From the NCBI GenBank assembly GCA_009778545.1, contig WRJO01000001.1:1-52941 (forward strand): a stretch of 52,941 nt of DNA. The letters are read 5' to 3'. The stretch comes from Treponema sp. Lineage in GTDB: Bacteria; Spirochaetota; Spirochaetia; Treponematales; Breznakiellaceae. How positions within the stretch are numbered: the stretch's first letter is position 1; every line of letters begins with the position of its first letter. Under the pieces are notes generated by a model. It had not been told where the DNA came from. It did no database searches and was given only the letters and a program-made list of their open reading frames with translations. Shown here one piece after another: positions 1 through 9,001 of this stretch. The position numbers and the translations under genes were made by a program.

Positions 1-213
1 CGGCGAGCCGATGCCCTGCAGTTCCGTCTGTTCAGGAATCTGCTGCGCCTGCGCCACAACCGGAAACGCCAACAGCAGCAATGTAACCGCAAGAAATTTT
101 CGGAATTTTTTCACACAGAGGCACAGAGTCACAGAGGAAATAGTGAAGGAGAACTTTCTTATTTTTGTGCCTCCGTGCCTCCGTGCCTCCGTGCGATTCA
201 TAGCCGATTTCAT
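1..213 (-). CDS. fliP: Probable FliP, 5' part (truncated by window edge)
   Basis: ATG at 213 just after the fliO stop; open frame MKSAMNRTEARRHGG...LCVKKFRKFLAVTLLLLAFPVVAQAQ with a signal peptide. Identity rests on synteny (fliY-fliO-fliP) only. Confidence 0.6.
   Translation of the reverse strand, partial: MKSAMNRTEARRHGGTKIRKFSFTISSVTLCLCVKKFRKFLAVTLLLLAFPVVAQAQQIPEQTELQGIGSP
111..196. repeat. CACAGAGG-family palindromic element, copy 1
   Basis: TCACACAGAGGCACAGAGTCACAGAG, a spacer, then TTGTGCCTCCGTGCCTCCGTGCCTCCGTGCGA. Confidence 0.9.
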
Positions 214-214
214 C

Positions 215-874
215 TTACAACCCCTTGAGCCTTTCGCTTCGTTTGCGGATGTTCTGCGGATCGGGGGGGGACGATTCCGGCGGCATTCCAAACCGGCGCA
301 GCATTGCCTTAAAGTCGCCGAAACGGCCGCCTCCGGACGCGGCGCTCTTGCGGGAATTTTCCAGGACCATCGCGTCCAGGATTTCCTTGTCTTCGATTTC
401 GGCGATTAGGTTAACTCCGCTTTCGGCTGATCCGACAAGCCATGCCTTTGAGCCGACGGAGATTATGTGGGCGCTGCGGCTGGCGCCCAGGGGGGTGCTG
501 GCGAGAATTTTCAGGAAAGGATCCTGCGCCGCGCCGCCCCTCATTGCCCGCTTGAAAAAATAGACGATTCCGTAGATTGCCGCCGCGACTACGGCAAGGG
601 TGAGCAGCACCCTGAGCATGCTCCAGACGGAAGCAGGGTTCGCGGGATCGGCCGTACTGGCGTTTTCCCAGTCGAACCGCACGGGCACGTCGGGGCTGGA
701 ACCTTCGCCCGCCTCCGCCTGGCCGCCGGATGGGGCCTCGACGGAATCCGCCGGGCCTTCTTCGGCTGCCTGTTCGACGGACTCTTCCTGTGCTTGGACG
801 TTAATAACCGGCAGGCTTAATAAGCATAGAATAAACGCTGTGAATAATAGCGCGCGCAATGCGCCAGCAGGCAA
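215..874 (-). CDS. fliO: Flagellar biosynthesis protein FliO/FliZ
   Basis: TM helix followed by LKILASTPLGASRSAHIISVGSKAWLVG FliO-like domain; follows fliY; TTG start with SD. Confidence 0.85.
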   Translation of the reverse strand: MPAGALRALLFTAFILCLLSLPVINVQAQEESVEQAAEEGPADSVEAPSGGQAEAGEGSSPDVPVRFDWENASTADPANPASVWSMLRVLLTLAVVAAAIYGIVYFFKRAMRGGAAQDPFLKILASTPLGASRSAHIISVGSKAWLVGSAESGVNLIAEIEDKEILDAMVLENSRKSAASGGGRFGDFKAMLRRFGMPPESSPPDPQNIRKRSERLKGL

Positions 875-965
875 TTTCAGTTCTCCCCTCCAAAGAAACT
901 TGGCTCTGCTAAATTCTATACCAAAATAGAAATTATTTCAAGTAAAATGTGAAACTTTACAGCAA

Positions 966-2054
966 TTACCCCATATCGTTCATGCGTTCCATGGGGGACA
1001 CAATCTCGGTAACGCGGACGCCGAAGTTTTCGTCGATAACTACGACTTCGCCCTTGGCTATGAGTTTGTGGTTGACCATAATGTCAACCGGCTCGCCGGC
1101 AAGTTTGTCCAGTTCGATGATCGTACCTTCGCCCATTGCGAGGATATCCTTGATCAGCTTCCTCGTCCGCCCAAGTTCGACGGTCATTTCCATGTACACG
1201 TCCATGATCAGGCCGATATTGCCCGATTCATGGACTCCGCCGTGGGGCATCAGATTGGGAAATTGTACTGACTGGACGTTAGTCGGGGAGAAGGGTCCGC
1301 CCATCCCCATCTGCATTCCACCCATGTTCATGCCTCCGCCCATTCCGGGCATCGCGCCATGTGCCTGACCGCCCGCCGGTGCCGCAGCATGCTGCGCTCC
1401 GCCTCCTGTCAATGCCTTGGCTATATCTGAGGCAGCCGATGGCCCCAGTACCTCCCAAATCTGATACATTTTTCCGGATCCAAGGTCGATCTGGTACGCC
1501 GCTCCGGCAAAATCGCCGGCGGGCAGGGCCACTACGGCCTTGGGTACGTTGCTTGCCTCGGGAGAAACCGAAGCGATGGATTTATTGCCTGTCTTGTCGG
1601 TCAGCGACGTTATCTGGTGTCCGATAAACTGGGAAACAACCTCGCCCAGCACCGACATCGCCATTTCGTCAAGCTGAATGTTTTCCTCTTTGTTCATCAG
1701 GCTGGCAATGGCCTTGGCGCAGTCTTCGCCAATGATGAACATGTGCTCGCCGGGGAAACCGGAACTGAAGTCCGCCTTGATTACCGTTACCGTTTCGGGA
1801 AGCTGCTCAAGAAACGCGTCGCGCCCGTTGACGGTGACGTTCGGCCCCCTGAGAATAACCGTTGCGCCGGTCATCAGCGAAAGGTTGGATGACTGCGCGT
1901 CGGTTGTGGAAGCGAGGAACGATTCCAGCGCCTTCCGTTCGGTATCCGAGAAGCCTCCTGTGGCTACCGCCGCAGGCGCGCCGCCGTCTACTCCGGCAAG
2001 CAGAGCGTCTATTTCCTGTTGAGAAAGGGCGCCGTCGGCCATCATCATCATCAT
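966..2054 (-). CDS. fliY: Flagellar motor switch protein FliY/FliN
   Basis: N-terminal LSQQEIDALL, CheC-like middle domain, C-terminal SpoA domain (VELGRT...IAKGEVVVIDENFGVRVTEI). Confidence 0.93.
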   Translation of the reverse strand: MMMMMADGALSQQEIDALLAGVDGGAPAAVATGGFSDTERKALESFLASTTDAQSSNLSLMTGATVILRGPNVTVNGRDAFLEQLPETVTVIKADFSSGFPGEHMFIIGEDCAKAIASLMNKEENIQLDEMAMSVLGEVVSQFIGHQITSLTDKTGNKSIASVSPEASNVPKAVVALPAGDFAGAAYQIDLGSGKMYQIWEVLGPSAASDIAKALTGGGAQHAAAPAGGQAHGAMPGMGGGMNMGGMQMGMGGPFSPTNVQSVQFPNLMPHGGVHESGNIGLIMDVYMEMTVELGRTRKLIKDILAMGEGTIIELDKLAGEPVDIMVNHKLIAKGEVVVIDENFGVRVTEIVSPMERMNDMG

Positions 2055-3082
2055 AATAAATCCTCCCCGTCGATTCCAAACTCTTCAAGATCGTCAGGAT
2101 TAAGTTCGGCAATCTTCTTCGTAATCTGCACCGCCAGTATTTTTCCGATCATGCCGGGCCGGCACAGAAACTTAGGCCTTGAGCCTATATTAAGGGAGTA
2201 CGGTTCGTCTATACGGGTGTTGTACAGCCGGATCACGTCCCCCCTCTTCAGGGAAACCACATCCCTTACGGGGATATCGATTTTCCCAATTTCTGCTACT
2301 ACATTAACATCGACAGTTGAAAGCTTCTCCTTTAGTACATTGAGGTTTTCCGAAGTGGCGTTGCGGCGCACCGAGGAGTACCAGAACTGGGCGGAAAGCT
2401 TGCTGATAATCGGCTCGATGGTGATGTAGGGTATGCAGAAGTTCATCATCCCTTCCACCTCGCCGATTTTTGTTTCAAGGGTCACCAGCACGACCATTTC
2501 CGTGGGGGGAACAATCTGGGCGAACTGGGGGTTGGTGTCGATCTGCCCCAGCCGGGGCCGCAGGTCTATCACCGTGGTCCACGCCTCGCGCATGTTCCCC
2601 AATATGCGGACGATGATCCCTTCCATGACCGACTGCTCGATGTCGGTCAGCTCGTGCTGTGATTTGGTTCCCTCGCCCGTGCCGCCGAACAGCCGCTCGA
2701 TGATCGAAAAGGTGATCGCCGGGTCGATTTCCAGGATCGCATTGCCTTTGAGGGGATCCATGTTGATTATCGCCAGGGTCGTGGGGGTTGGAATCGAGCG
2801 GATAAATTCCTCGTAGGTTAGCTGGTCCACCGATGCGACGTGGACGTGCACCATGCTCCGCAACTGGGCGGAAAGGCTTGTCGTGGTAAGCCGGGCAAAG
2901 GTTTCGTGCATTATCGAGACGGTGCGTATCTGTTCCTTGGAAAATTTGTCGGGGCGCTTGAAGTCGTAGATCTTTATCTTGCGGCTGTCCGCCGCCGGCT
3001 TAAAATCTTCCGGTTCGGTGTCTCCGGCGTTTATCGCGGTGAGAAGCTGGTCGATTTCATCCTGCGATAGAACTTCGGTCAC
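2051..3082 (-). CDS. fliM: Flagellar motor switch protein FliM
   Basis: MTEVLSQDEIDQLL...YDFKRPDKFSKEQ; GTG start. Confidence 0.97.
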   Translation of the reverse strand: MTEVLSQDEIDQLLTAINAGDTEPEDFKPAADSRKIKIYDFKRPDKFSKEQIRTVSIMHETFARLTTTSLSAQLRSMVHVHVASVDQLTYEEFIRSIPTPTTLAIINMDPLKGNAILEIDPAITFSIIERLFGGTGEGTKSQHELTDIEQSVMEGIIVRILGNMREAWTTVIDLRPRLGQIDTNPQFAQIVPPTEMVVLVTLETKIGEVEGMMNFCIPYITIEPIISKLSAQFWYSSVRRNATSENLNVLKEKLSTVDVNVVAEIGKIDIPVRDVVSLKRGDVIRLYNTRIDEPYSLNIGSRPKFLCRPGMIGKILAVQITKKIAELNPDDLEEFGIDGEDLL

Positions 3083-3089
3083 TTACACC

Positions 3090-3656
3090 TCAATACACTT
3101 CATTAACGTTGAGCGTGATAAAGGCGATCTCCCGTACCCTCGCCGTGTCGAGCAGGCGGGTGTTGAGATGGTTTTTTATCTCCTGTTTGAGCCGCTCTTC
3201 GTTTTCCGGCCCCAGCTCGGCGGCGTACTTTCCGGCAAAATATCTGCGGACAAATTCCTGCAGCTCGTTTTTCCTTTGCGAAAGCTCGCCGGAAGCGGCG
3301 GCGTCGTCCCTGTCGAAGCCGATGTTCATCACCACCATCACCGTATGGCTGGTGGTAACGTCCCTGGTCCTGGTGTTTACCTGCCCGATGTCGGTGTACC
3401 AGGAATAGATCGGCCGCCTGCCGATGTAGGGCGACGAGGGATCTGCCGACTGGGTCTGGGCTTTGCCGCCCTTGTTCACCACATTTACCGTAATAACCGA
3501 GACGGTAACAATAAAGATAAGCGCGCCTATCCCGATTGCCGCAAATTTAAGAATGGTTGGCAGCAATGCCCCAAGGCCGCCCTTTTTTTTCTTTGGCGCG
3601 GAACTTGCTTCCGGCGATTCGCCGTCGCCAATATCAAGATCATCAGTGTCTGACAT
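3090..3656 (-). CDS. fliL: Flagellar basal body-associated protein FliL
   Basis: Single TM helix plus FliL-like C-terminus, between motB and fliM; ATG 3656 after GGAGGG. Confidence 0.9.
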   Translation of the reverse strand: MSDTDDLDIGDGESPEASSAPKKKKGGLGALLPTILKFAAIGIGALIFIVTVSVITVNVVNKGGKAQTQSADPSSPYIGRRPIYSWYTDIGQVNTRTRDVTTSHTVMVVMNIGFDRDDAAASGELSQRKNELQEFVRRYFAGKYAAELGPENEERLKQEIKNHLNTRLLDTARVREIAFITLNVNEVY

Positions 3657-3698
3657 ATACAACCCTCCAATTCACAATAGCGAAATAATTATACTATA

Positions 3699-3726
3699 TA
3701 ATCGGTATATATTAAGCGTTATTTTA
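3699..3726 (-). promoter_or_regulatory. Sigma28-like promoter upstream of fliL
   Basis: TAAA-N16-ACCGATTA on the minus strand in the motB-fliL gap. Confidence 0.55.
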
Positions 3727-3733
3727 GATAAAC

Positions 3734-4465
3734 CTACAAATGCGCGTCGTCGAGGATTATTATGTCCACGCGGCGGTTATAGGCGCGGCCTTCCGGCGTT
3801 TCGTTGGTGGCGATGGGGGCGGTGTCGGCAAAACCGGCTACCTGAAAGCGGCGTTCCTCTATGCCCAAATCGGCAAGGTAGTGCAATATGCTTATAGAGC
3901 GAGCCGCAGAAAGTTCCCAGTTGGAGTCCCAGGGGCCTGCCGGGTCAACGTCGACGGCATCGGTATGGCCTTCAATCCTGAATTTTCTGCCCCTCAGGTC
4001 GCTGGAGGCAAGATAGCTGCCCAGCCGCAGCAAAATGTCCCTGGTCGACTCCATGTTGATCCTCGCGCTTGCCGGGTTAAAGAACGCGTCCGAGGCGAGG
4101 GTAATGACAATGCCCCGCTCGTCATGGGTGATGCGGATCTTGTTGGAGTGAACCTCCGGGGAAAACACGCTCACCGCCTTGCGGAGGGCCGTTCCCAGGG
4201 AGTGGCCCCGTTCGGTCGAGGGCAGGGACATGATCGTGCTGCCAAGGTTGGCGCTGCGGCCCGACGAAAGGGTAAGTCCGCCGGCCAGCGCTCCCAGCCC
4301 CCCGGTCTGCATCGAGGTTGATATCGCGTCAAGCTGGGATTGGGTAACCTCGTCGGGGTTGAACATGATGACGAAGAAGCAGAGCATCAGCGTGACCATG
4401 TCCGAATAGGTGGTTAGCCACGCCTGTGCGTTGGGGGCCTCTGCCTTCTTTTTTTCCCGCGCCAT
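3734..4465 (-). CDS. motB: Flagellar stator protein MotB
   Basis: WLTTYSDMVTLMLCFFV with the conserved Asp; OmpA-like domain (IEGHTD, NWELSAAR, NRRVDI). Confidence 0.96.
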   Translation of the reverse strand: MAREKKKAEAPNAQAWLTTYSDMVTLMLCFFVIMFNPDEVTQSQLDAISTSMQTGGLGALAGGLTLSSGRSANLGSTIMSLPSTERGHSLGTALRKAVSVFSPEVHSNKIRITHDERGIVITLASDAFFNPASARINMESTRDILLRLGSYLASSDLRGRKFRIEGHTDAVDVDPAGPWDSNWELSAARSISILHYLADLGIEERRFQVAGFADTAPIATNETPEGRAYNRRVDIIILDDAHL

Positions 4466-4475
4466 TTTCTCTAAC

Positions 4476-5258
4476 CTAATCCTTTAGCAGTTCGGCTTCC
4501 ATGGTTTTTCTGACAGCCGGGGTAAGGTAGGCCATCAGCTTGAGCGCGAGGATGCGGGTATTTTCACCGGCCTGGATGGAAAGCACCCCTTCGATAACCA
4601 TTTCTTTGGTTGTCGATTCCTTTGCGTCGTGTTTTTTGAGCTTTTCTCCGAACGGTATCAGAAGGAGGTTCGACACCATCGAGCCGTACAGGGTGGTGAT
4701 AAGGGCGAGGGCCATGTTGGGGCCGATGCGGGCCTTGTCTTCCAGGTTCTGAAGCATCCCGATAAGCCCGACGACCGTTCCAATCATCCCGAGGCCGGGG
4801 GCCAGCGCCGCCCAGCCGCCAACGGTGGCTATTCTTTCCCCGTGGCGGGCCTGCATCTGGCTGAGTTCCAGTTCCATAAGGTCCCTGATTACCGATGCGT
4901 CGGTGCCGTCGACCATCAGGCGCAGCCCCTTTTTCATAAATTCGTCGTCAAGGTCCTCTAGCTCGTCTTCCAGCGCCAGAAGCCCTTCGCGGCGGGCCTT
5001 TTCGGAGAACGCCATCATCTTTTGAATTATTCCCTGCTCATTGTACGATTGCAGCTTGAATGTGCGGCCGAATATGTTCCAGATGCCAAGGGCATCGGGC
5101 AGCGACGAAGCGGTCATGAGGGCGAAATACGAACCGAGGACGACCATGAGGAATGACGGGAGGTCGATGATTGACATCAGATTTCCTCCGCCGACGAGGA
5201 CGGAGAATACCACCATGCCGAAAGCGCCGAATACGCCTATATAACTTCCTATATCCAT
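4476..5258 (-). CDS. motA: Flagellar stator protein MotA
   Basis: ARREGLLALE, APGLGMIGTVVGLI, ALITTLYG, EGVLSIQAGEN. Confidence 0.96.
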   Translation of the reverse strand: MDIGSYIGVFGAFGMVVFSVLVGGGNLMSIIDLPSFLMVVLGSYFALMTASSLPDALGIWNIFGRTFKLQSYNEQGIIQKMMAFSEKARREGLLALEDELEDLDDEFMKKGLRLMVDGTDASVIRDLMELELSQMQARHGERIATVGGWAALAPGLGMIGTVVGLIGMLQNLEDKARIGPNMALALITTLYGSMVSNLLLIPFGEKLKKHDAKESTTKEMVIEGVLSIQAGENTRILALKLMAYLTPAVRKTMEAELLKD

Positions 5259-5261
5259 GCG

Positions 5262-5459
5262 TTACTCCTGAACCACCTGCGGAACCAGCCGCTGGCGGTA
5301 ATCCTCAATTTTGCCCAAAACATCGTCCGCTTCTTCCCGCACAATATAATGTTTGCCGGACAGCATCACCAGCGTCGTATCGGGGTTTATTTCAATACAT
5401 TCAATCTGGTGCGGGTTAATATAATACTCCTTGCCGTCCAGCCTTGTTACTTTAACCAT
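5262..5459 (-). CDS. flbD: Flagellar protein FlbD (SwrD-like)
   Basis: MVKVTRLDG...INPHQIECIE..PDTTL..LSG...IVRE; between flgE and motA. Confidence 0.92.
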   Translation of the reverse strand: MVKVTRLDGKEYYINPHQIECIEINPDTTLVMLSGKHYIVREEADDVLGKIEDYRQRLVPQVVQE

Positions 5460-5471
5460 ACCATAAATAAT

Positions 5472-5591
5472 GGGGCTGGGGAATGGGGATCGGGGACTGG
5501 GGATAGCTATTCGAAGTAACAGCGCACACCGAATAAACCTCCATGCTCCGAAGAAAAATCCCTAGTCCCTGTTCCCTAGTCCCCATTCCCT
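5472..5591. repeat. GGGGA(C/A)T heptamer palindromic element
   Basis: GGGGCTGGGGAATGGGGATCGGGGACTGGGGAT, a spacer, then ATCCCTAGTCCCTGTTCCCTAGTCCCCATTCCCT. Confidence 0.85.
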
Positions 5592-5594
5592 ATT

Positions 5595-6995
5595 TTACCT
5601 CTTAAGCGTCAGCAGTTCCTGTAAGAGCTGATCTGCGGTTTGAATCGTCCGCGAGTTGGCCTGGAAGCCCCTCTGCGTAACGATCATGTCGGTGAACTGG
5701 TCCGCCATGTCTACGTTGGACATTTCCAGAACGCCGGGAACGATGGTGCCCTTTCCCGCGATGCCCGAAGCGCCGATGTCGGCAAGGCCCGAGTTATTCG
5801 ACATGCGGAAGGTGTTGTCGCCCGCTTTTTCAAGGCCTCCCTGGTTGGGGAAGCTGGCGATCGCTACCTGGGCCAGCGCCCTGGTGCTGCCGTTTGAAAA
5901 AACGCCGGTGATGACGCCCGATGAATCGATCTTGAAATTGTCTAGATACCCCATCGGCCTGCCGTCCTGCTCAACGGCCTTGGACGAGCTTGATTCGGCG
6001 TACTGGGTGATCGAGCGGGTAAAGCCGCCAACCTGCCCCAGGTTCAGGACAAATTCCTGCCTTGCCGCAGTTCCGTCCTCGTTGGCCGTGGCGCTCTGCA
6101 CGTCGTAGGCGACGTTCATCTGCACCTGGCCGGTCGCGCCGGAAATGTTGCCGGCCCCGTCCTCGGCGGACAGCAGGGTTCCGTTGTTGGAAAAGTTGAC
6201 GATAAAGGTGGTCGGGCCCCCTTCGCCCGGCGCCTCGTCGCCATAGCCAATGGTGGTATTGGTGGGGATCTCGTTCTGGGGATCAACCGTTACGGCGGCG
6301 TTCCAACTGTTGTTGGTGTCAGGCACACGGGTAAACTCTACCTGCAGAATGTGCTTGTCGCCGAAGCTGTCGTAAATGTCGATCTGGGTCGCCCATGTTC
6401 CTTCGAGTACCTGCCTTCCCGTAGCGTTGTCGGGAATTTCGGGGATCCGCTTGTCAAGGTTGCAGGCAAAGTTCACCTCGGTGGTGGCCTTTGCCGGGTC
6501 CTTGCTGCCGACGGGGATGTACAGGTCGGTGACCGGCCGTGAGGTGTCCAGCACGGTGTAGCCTTCAACCTCGCGGGCCATCCAGCCCTGCACCTTCATG
6601 CCGTTGGCGGGGTTAACCATAATTCCCGCTTCGTCAATGCTGAACGCTCCGGCGCGGGTATACAGCTGCTTGCCGCCGTTGTCCAGAATGAAAAAGCCCA
6701 TGCCGTTTATGCCAAGGTCGGTTCCCACGCCGGTGCTCTGGAACGCGCCCTGTATGTGGATCGTGTCGATTGACGCGACGCTCATGCCAAGGCCCACTTC
6801 TTTGGGGTTTACGCCGCCGATTTCGGCGGTGGGGCGGGCCGCGCCCTGCAGCTGCTGGTACAGGATGTCCTGGAAGTTCACCCGGTTCCTTTTAAAGCCC
6901 GTGGTGTTAATGTTGGAAATGTTATTGCCAATCACGTCCATCCTGGTCTGATGATTCTGAAGTCCGGAAACGCCGGAAAACAATGATCGCATCAT
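5595..6995 (-). CDS. flgE: Flagellar hook protein FlgE
   Basis: MMRSLFSGVSGL..HQTRMDVIGNNISNINTTGFK; LEMSNVD..QRGFQANSR. Confidence 0.97.
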   Translation of the reverse strand: MMRSLFSGVSGLQNHQTRMDVIGNNISNINTTGFKRNRVNFQDILYQQLQGAARPTAEIGGVNPKEVGLGMSVASIDTIHIQGAFQSTGVGTDLGINGMGFFILDNGGKQLYTRAGAFSIDEAGIMVNPANGMKVQGWMAREVEGYTVLDTSRPVTDLYIPVGSKDPAKATTEVNFACNLDKRIPEIPDNATGRQVLEGTWATQIDIYDSFGDKHILQVEFTRVPDTNNSWNAAVTVDPQNEIPTNTTIGYGDEAPGEGGPTTFIVNFSNNGTLLSAEDGAGNISGATGQVQMNVAYDVQSATANEDGTAARQEFVLNLGQVGGFTRSITQYAESSSSKAVEQDGRPMGYLDNFKIDSSGVITGVFSNGSTRALAQVAIASFPNQGGLEKAGDNTFRMSNNSGLADIGASGIAGKGTIVPGVLEMSNVDMADQFTDMIVTQRGFQANSRTIQTADQLLQELLTLKR

Positions 6996-7013
6996 AATGA
7001 ATACTCCTTATAT

Positions 7014-7472
7014 CTATTCGTCAAAGACTTTTCGTACCTGGTTCCAGTTATAGTACTCGCCGTTTACCAGCACCGTTGGCGCATCGCCCCTGGTTACCGC
7101 TTTTACGGTTCCCTGGACTACCGATTCCCCGTTGATAATTTCAACATTCCTGCCCAGCGCCGATGCGGCTTCGCTGCCGGTGATCATTGCCGTAAGTTTG
7201 GCAAAATCGGCAGACATGCTGGTCATCTGTTCCAGTGTCGAGAACTGGGCCATCTGGGCGATGAATTCCTTGTCCTCCATCGGGGATGTCGGATCCTGGT
7301 AGGAAAGCTGGGTGATAAGCAGTTTGAGGAAGTCGTCCTTGCCAAGATTCTGCTGCGGCTGCCGTCCCTGGTTGAGCTTGTGGTTAAAGTCATGGACATA
7401 CTGGTTGACCCTGGCCTGTTCCTCGGCGCTCATCCTGAACATGTCAGCCGTGTTTAATGCTACTGCATCCAT
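7014..7472 (-). CDS. flgD: Flagellar hook capping protein FlgD
   Basis: LGKDDFLKLLITQLSYQDPTSPMEDKEFIAQMAQFSTLEQM; ATG 7472 after AGGAG. Confidence 0.96.
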   Translation of the reverse strand: MDAVALNTADMFRMSAEEQARVNQYVHDFNHKLNQGRQPQQNLGKDDFLKLLITQLSYQDPTSPMEDKEFIAQMAQFSTLEQMTSMSADFAKLTAMITGSEAASALGRNVEIINGESVVQGTVKAVTRGDAPTVLVNGEYYNWNQVRKVFDE

Positions 7473-7483
7473 AGTTTCTCCTG

Positions 7484-8938
7484 TTAGGCAAGCATATTGA
7501 TTGCCCTTGCCCCCTGCCAATAGGCATCGGGGAAGAGCGGCATTTCCATTCCCTCAATGGCGGTGTCGTACCGGGAAGCGGCAAACTGCCAGGGCAGGGC
7601 ACGGCTCGCTTCCGTTCCCCGCCATTGCTGCTGCGCTTCCCTCGAATCCGCCGCGAGGGACATTTCCAGATTCGCGCCTTCAAAACCCGAATCCCGGAAA
7701 GCCTTTTCCAAAGATGAAATCTCCCGCTCAAAGGCCCGCAGGGCTTCCTCGCTTTCGACGACGATAAGTCCTGTTATCTTGTTTTCGGACATTTCCAGGC
7801 GAATCTTTACATTGCCCAGGCTTTCCGGTTTAAGGGCCAGACGTATGGTTCCCTCGTTCCCGTCCCTGAGCATTACCGAAGCGTGGCGGACAATGTCGTT
7901 GTTAAAGTTCTGGTGCAGCTCGCGCGCCAGAATGTCTTCAAAAGCCTGTCCCGCTTTTGCCTCCCAGGTGGTCAGCGCCGACGGGCCTTCCTGTCCTTGG
8001 TTGGGCAGGCGGAGTTCGAGGGATACCTCTCTGCCCGTCCCCTCGGCGGACAGGCGGGTTTCGGCGGCGGCCCTCAGTTGGAAAGCGCCGTCTTTTCCGG
8101 CGGCTTCTGCCTGTGCGCCCATGCTTCGGAAATCCCGCACTTCGAACGCGAACCGCTGCCGGCCCTTGCTCCGCGCCTCTTCCAGCCTGCTCCGCCCGGC
8201 TTCGCCGGCGACGGCCTTTTTCTCAGCGGCCTGGCGCGGGGCGGCATCGTTTGCCAGTTCCCTGGCTGCCGACCTATCCGGCGCGGGGATTTCCGCTGTA
8301 TTAACGTGGTTTTTGGCTTTTTCGCCGGTGTTTTTGGGATTTTCAGCAGCTTCAGCGGCGATAAAAGCGGCAGAAACCGCTATTTCCGGCTGTTTTTCCG
8401 TTTCACGGGGGATTGTTTCCTGTGCCGTTGCGGTTTCGCCGGTGCCTGTTTGCACTAATTCCGCTAAATTGAGCCGGGAATCTGTTTCCAGAGCCAATTC
8501 CACGTCTTGTTCCGGTGGGATTTGTTCCTCGTTCCGGCTTATCAGGCGGTCAACGGCGAATAGAACGCTGGTTTCCTGAGAATCAGGCCGTTCGCCCTCA
8601 ATTCCGTCGATTTTTAACGATTTTTGCAGCTTGTTTTTTTCATTGCCAGCCGCCGGCAGCCCTGCCGTCTCTTTAGCCGTTTTACCGGCGCGGGAGCTTC
8701 CCCTGGTGTTTGAAACCGTCTGCGTTTCGCCAGGTTCGGCGGCTTCCGCGAGCGGGACTTCGCCGGAGACCTGCGCGCCTGCCGCGCCTTCTCCCGTCCC
8801 GGTTTTTCGGACCAGACCCGCAAGTATCTTCGCGAAAACCCCCAGCCCGTTTTTTTCGGGCTTGAGCTTCTGCGGCGATTCCGCCTCAGGGAGACACTGC
8901 GATGCCGGTTCTGTATGGGGGGTTGTTATGATCACCAC
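7484..8938 (-). CDS. fliK: Flagellar hook-length control protein FliK (Tap1-like)
   Basis: Low-complexity N-terminus; C-terminal IRLALKPESLGNVKIRL; upstream of flgD. Confidence 0.9.
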   Translation of the reverse strand: MVIITTPHTEPASQCLPEAESPQKLKPEKNGLGVFAKILAGLVRKTGTGEGAAGAQVSGEVPLAEAAEPGETQTVSNTRGSSRAGKTAKETAGLPAAGNEKNKLQKSLKIDGIEGERPDSQETSVLFAVDRLISRNEEQIPPEQDVELALETDSRLNLAELVQTGTGETATAQETIPRETEKQPEIAVSAAFIAAEAAENPKNTGEKAKNHVNTAEIPAPDRSAARELANDAAPRQAAEKKAVAGEAGRSRLEEARSKGRQRFAFEVRDFRSMGAQAEAAGKDGAFQLRAAAETRLSAEGTGREVSLELRLPNQGQEGPSALTTWEAKAGQAFEDILARELHQNFNNDIVRHASVMLRDGNEGTIRLALKPESLGNVKIRLEMSENKITGLIVVESEEALRAFEREISSLEKAFRDSGFEGANLEMSLAADSREAQQQWRGTEASRALPWQFAASRYDTAIEGMEMPLFPDAYWQGARAINMLA

Positions 8939-9001
8939 CCGGACCTCCTCTCCAAACCGCCAGGTTTGGACATTTGCCTCCGGAAGGTGGGTGAATTGGA
9001 G

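Noticed and set aside
7557-8579. 340-aa + strand ORF
   Set aside because: Antisense shadow of fliK.
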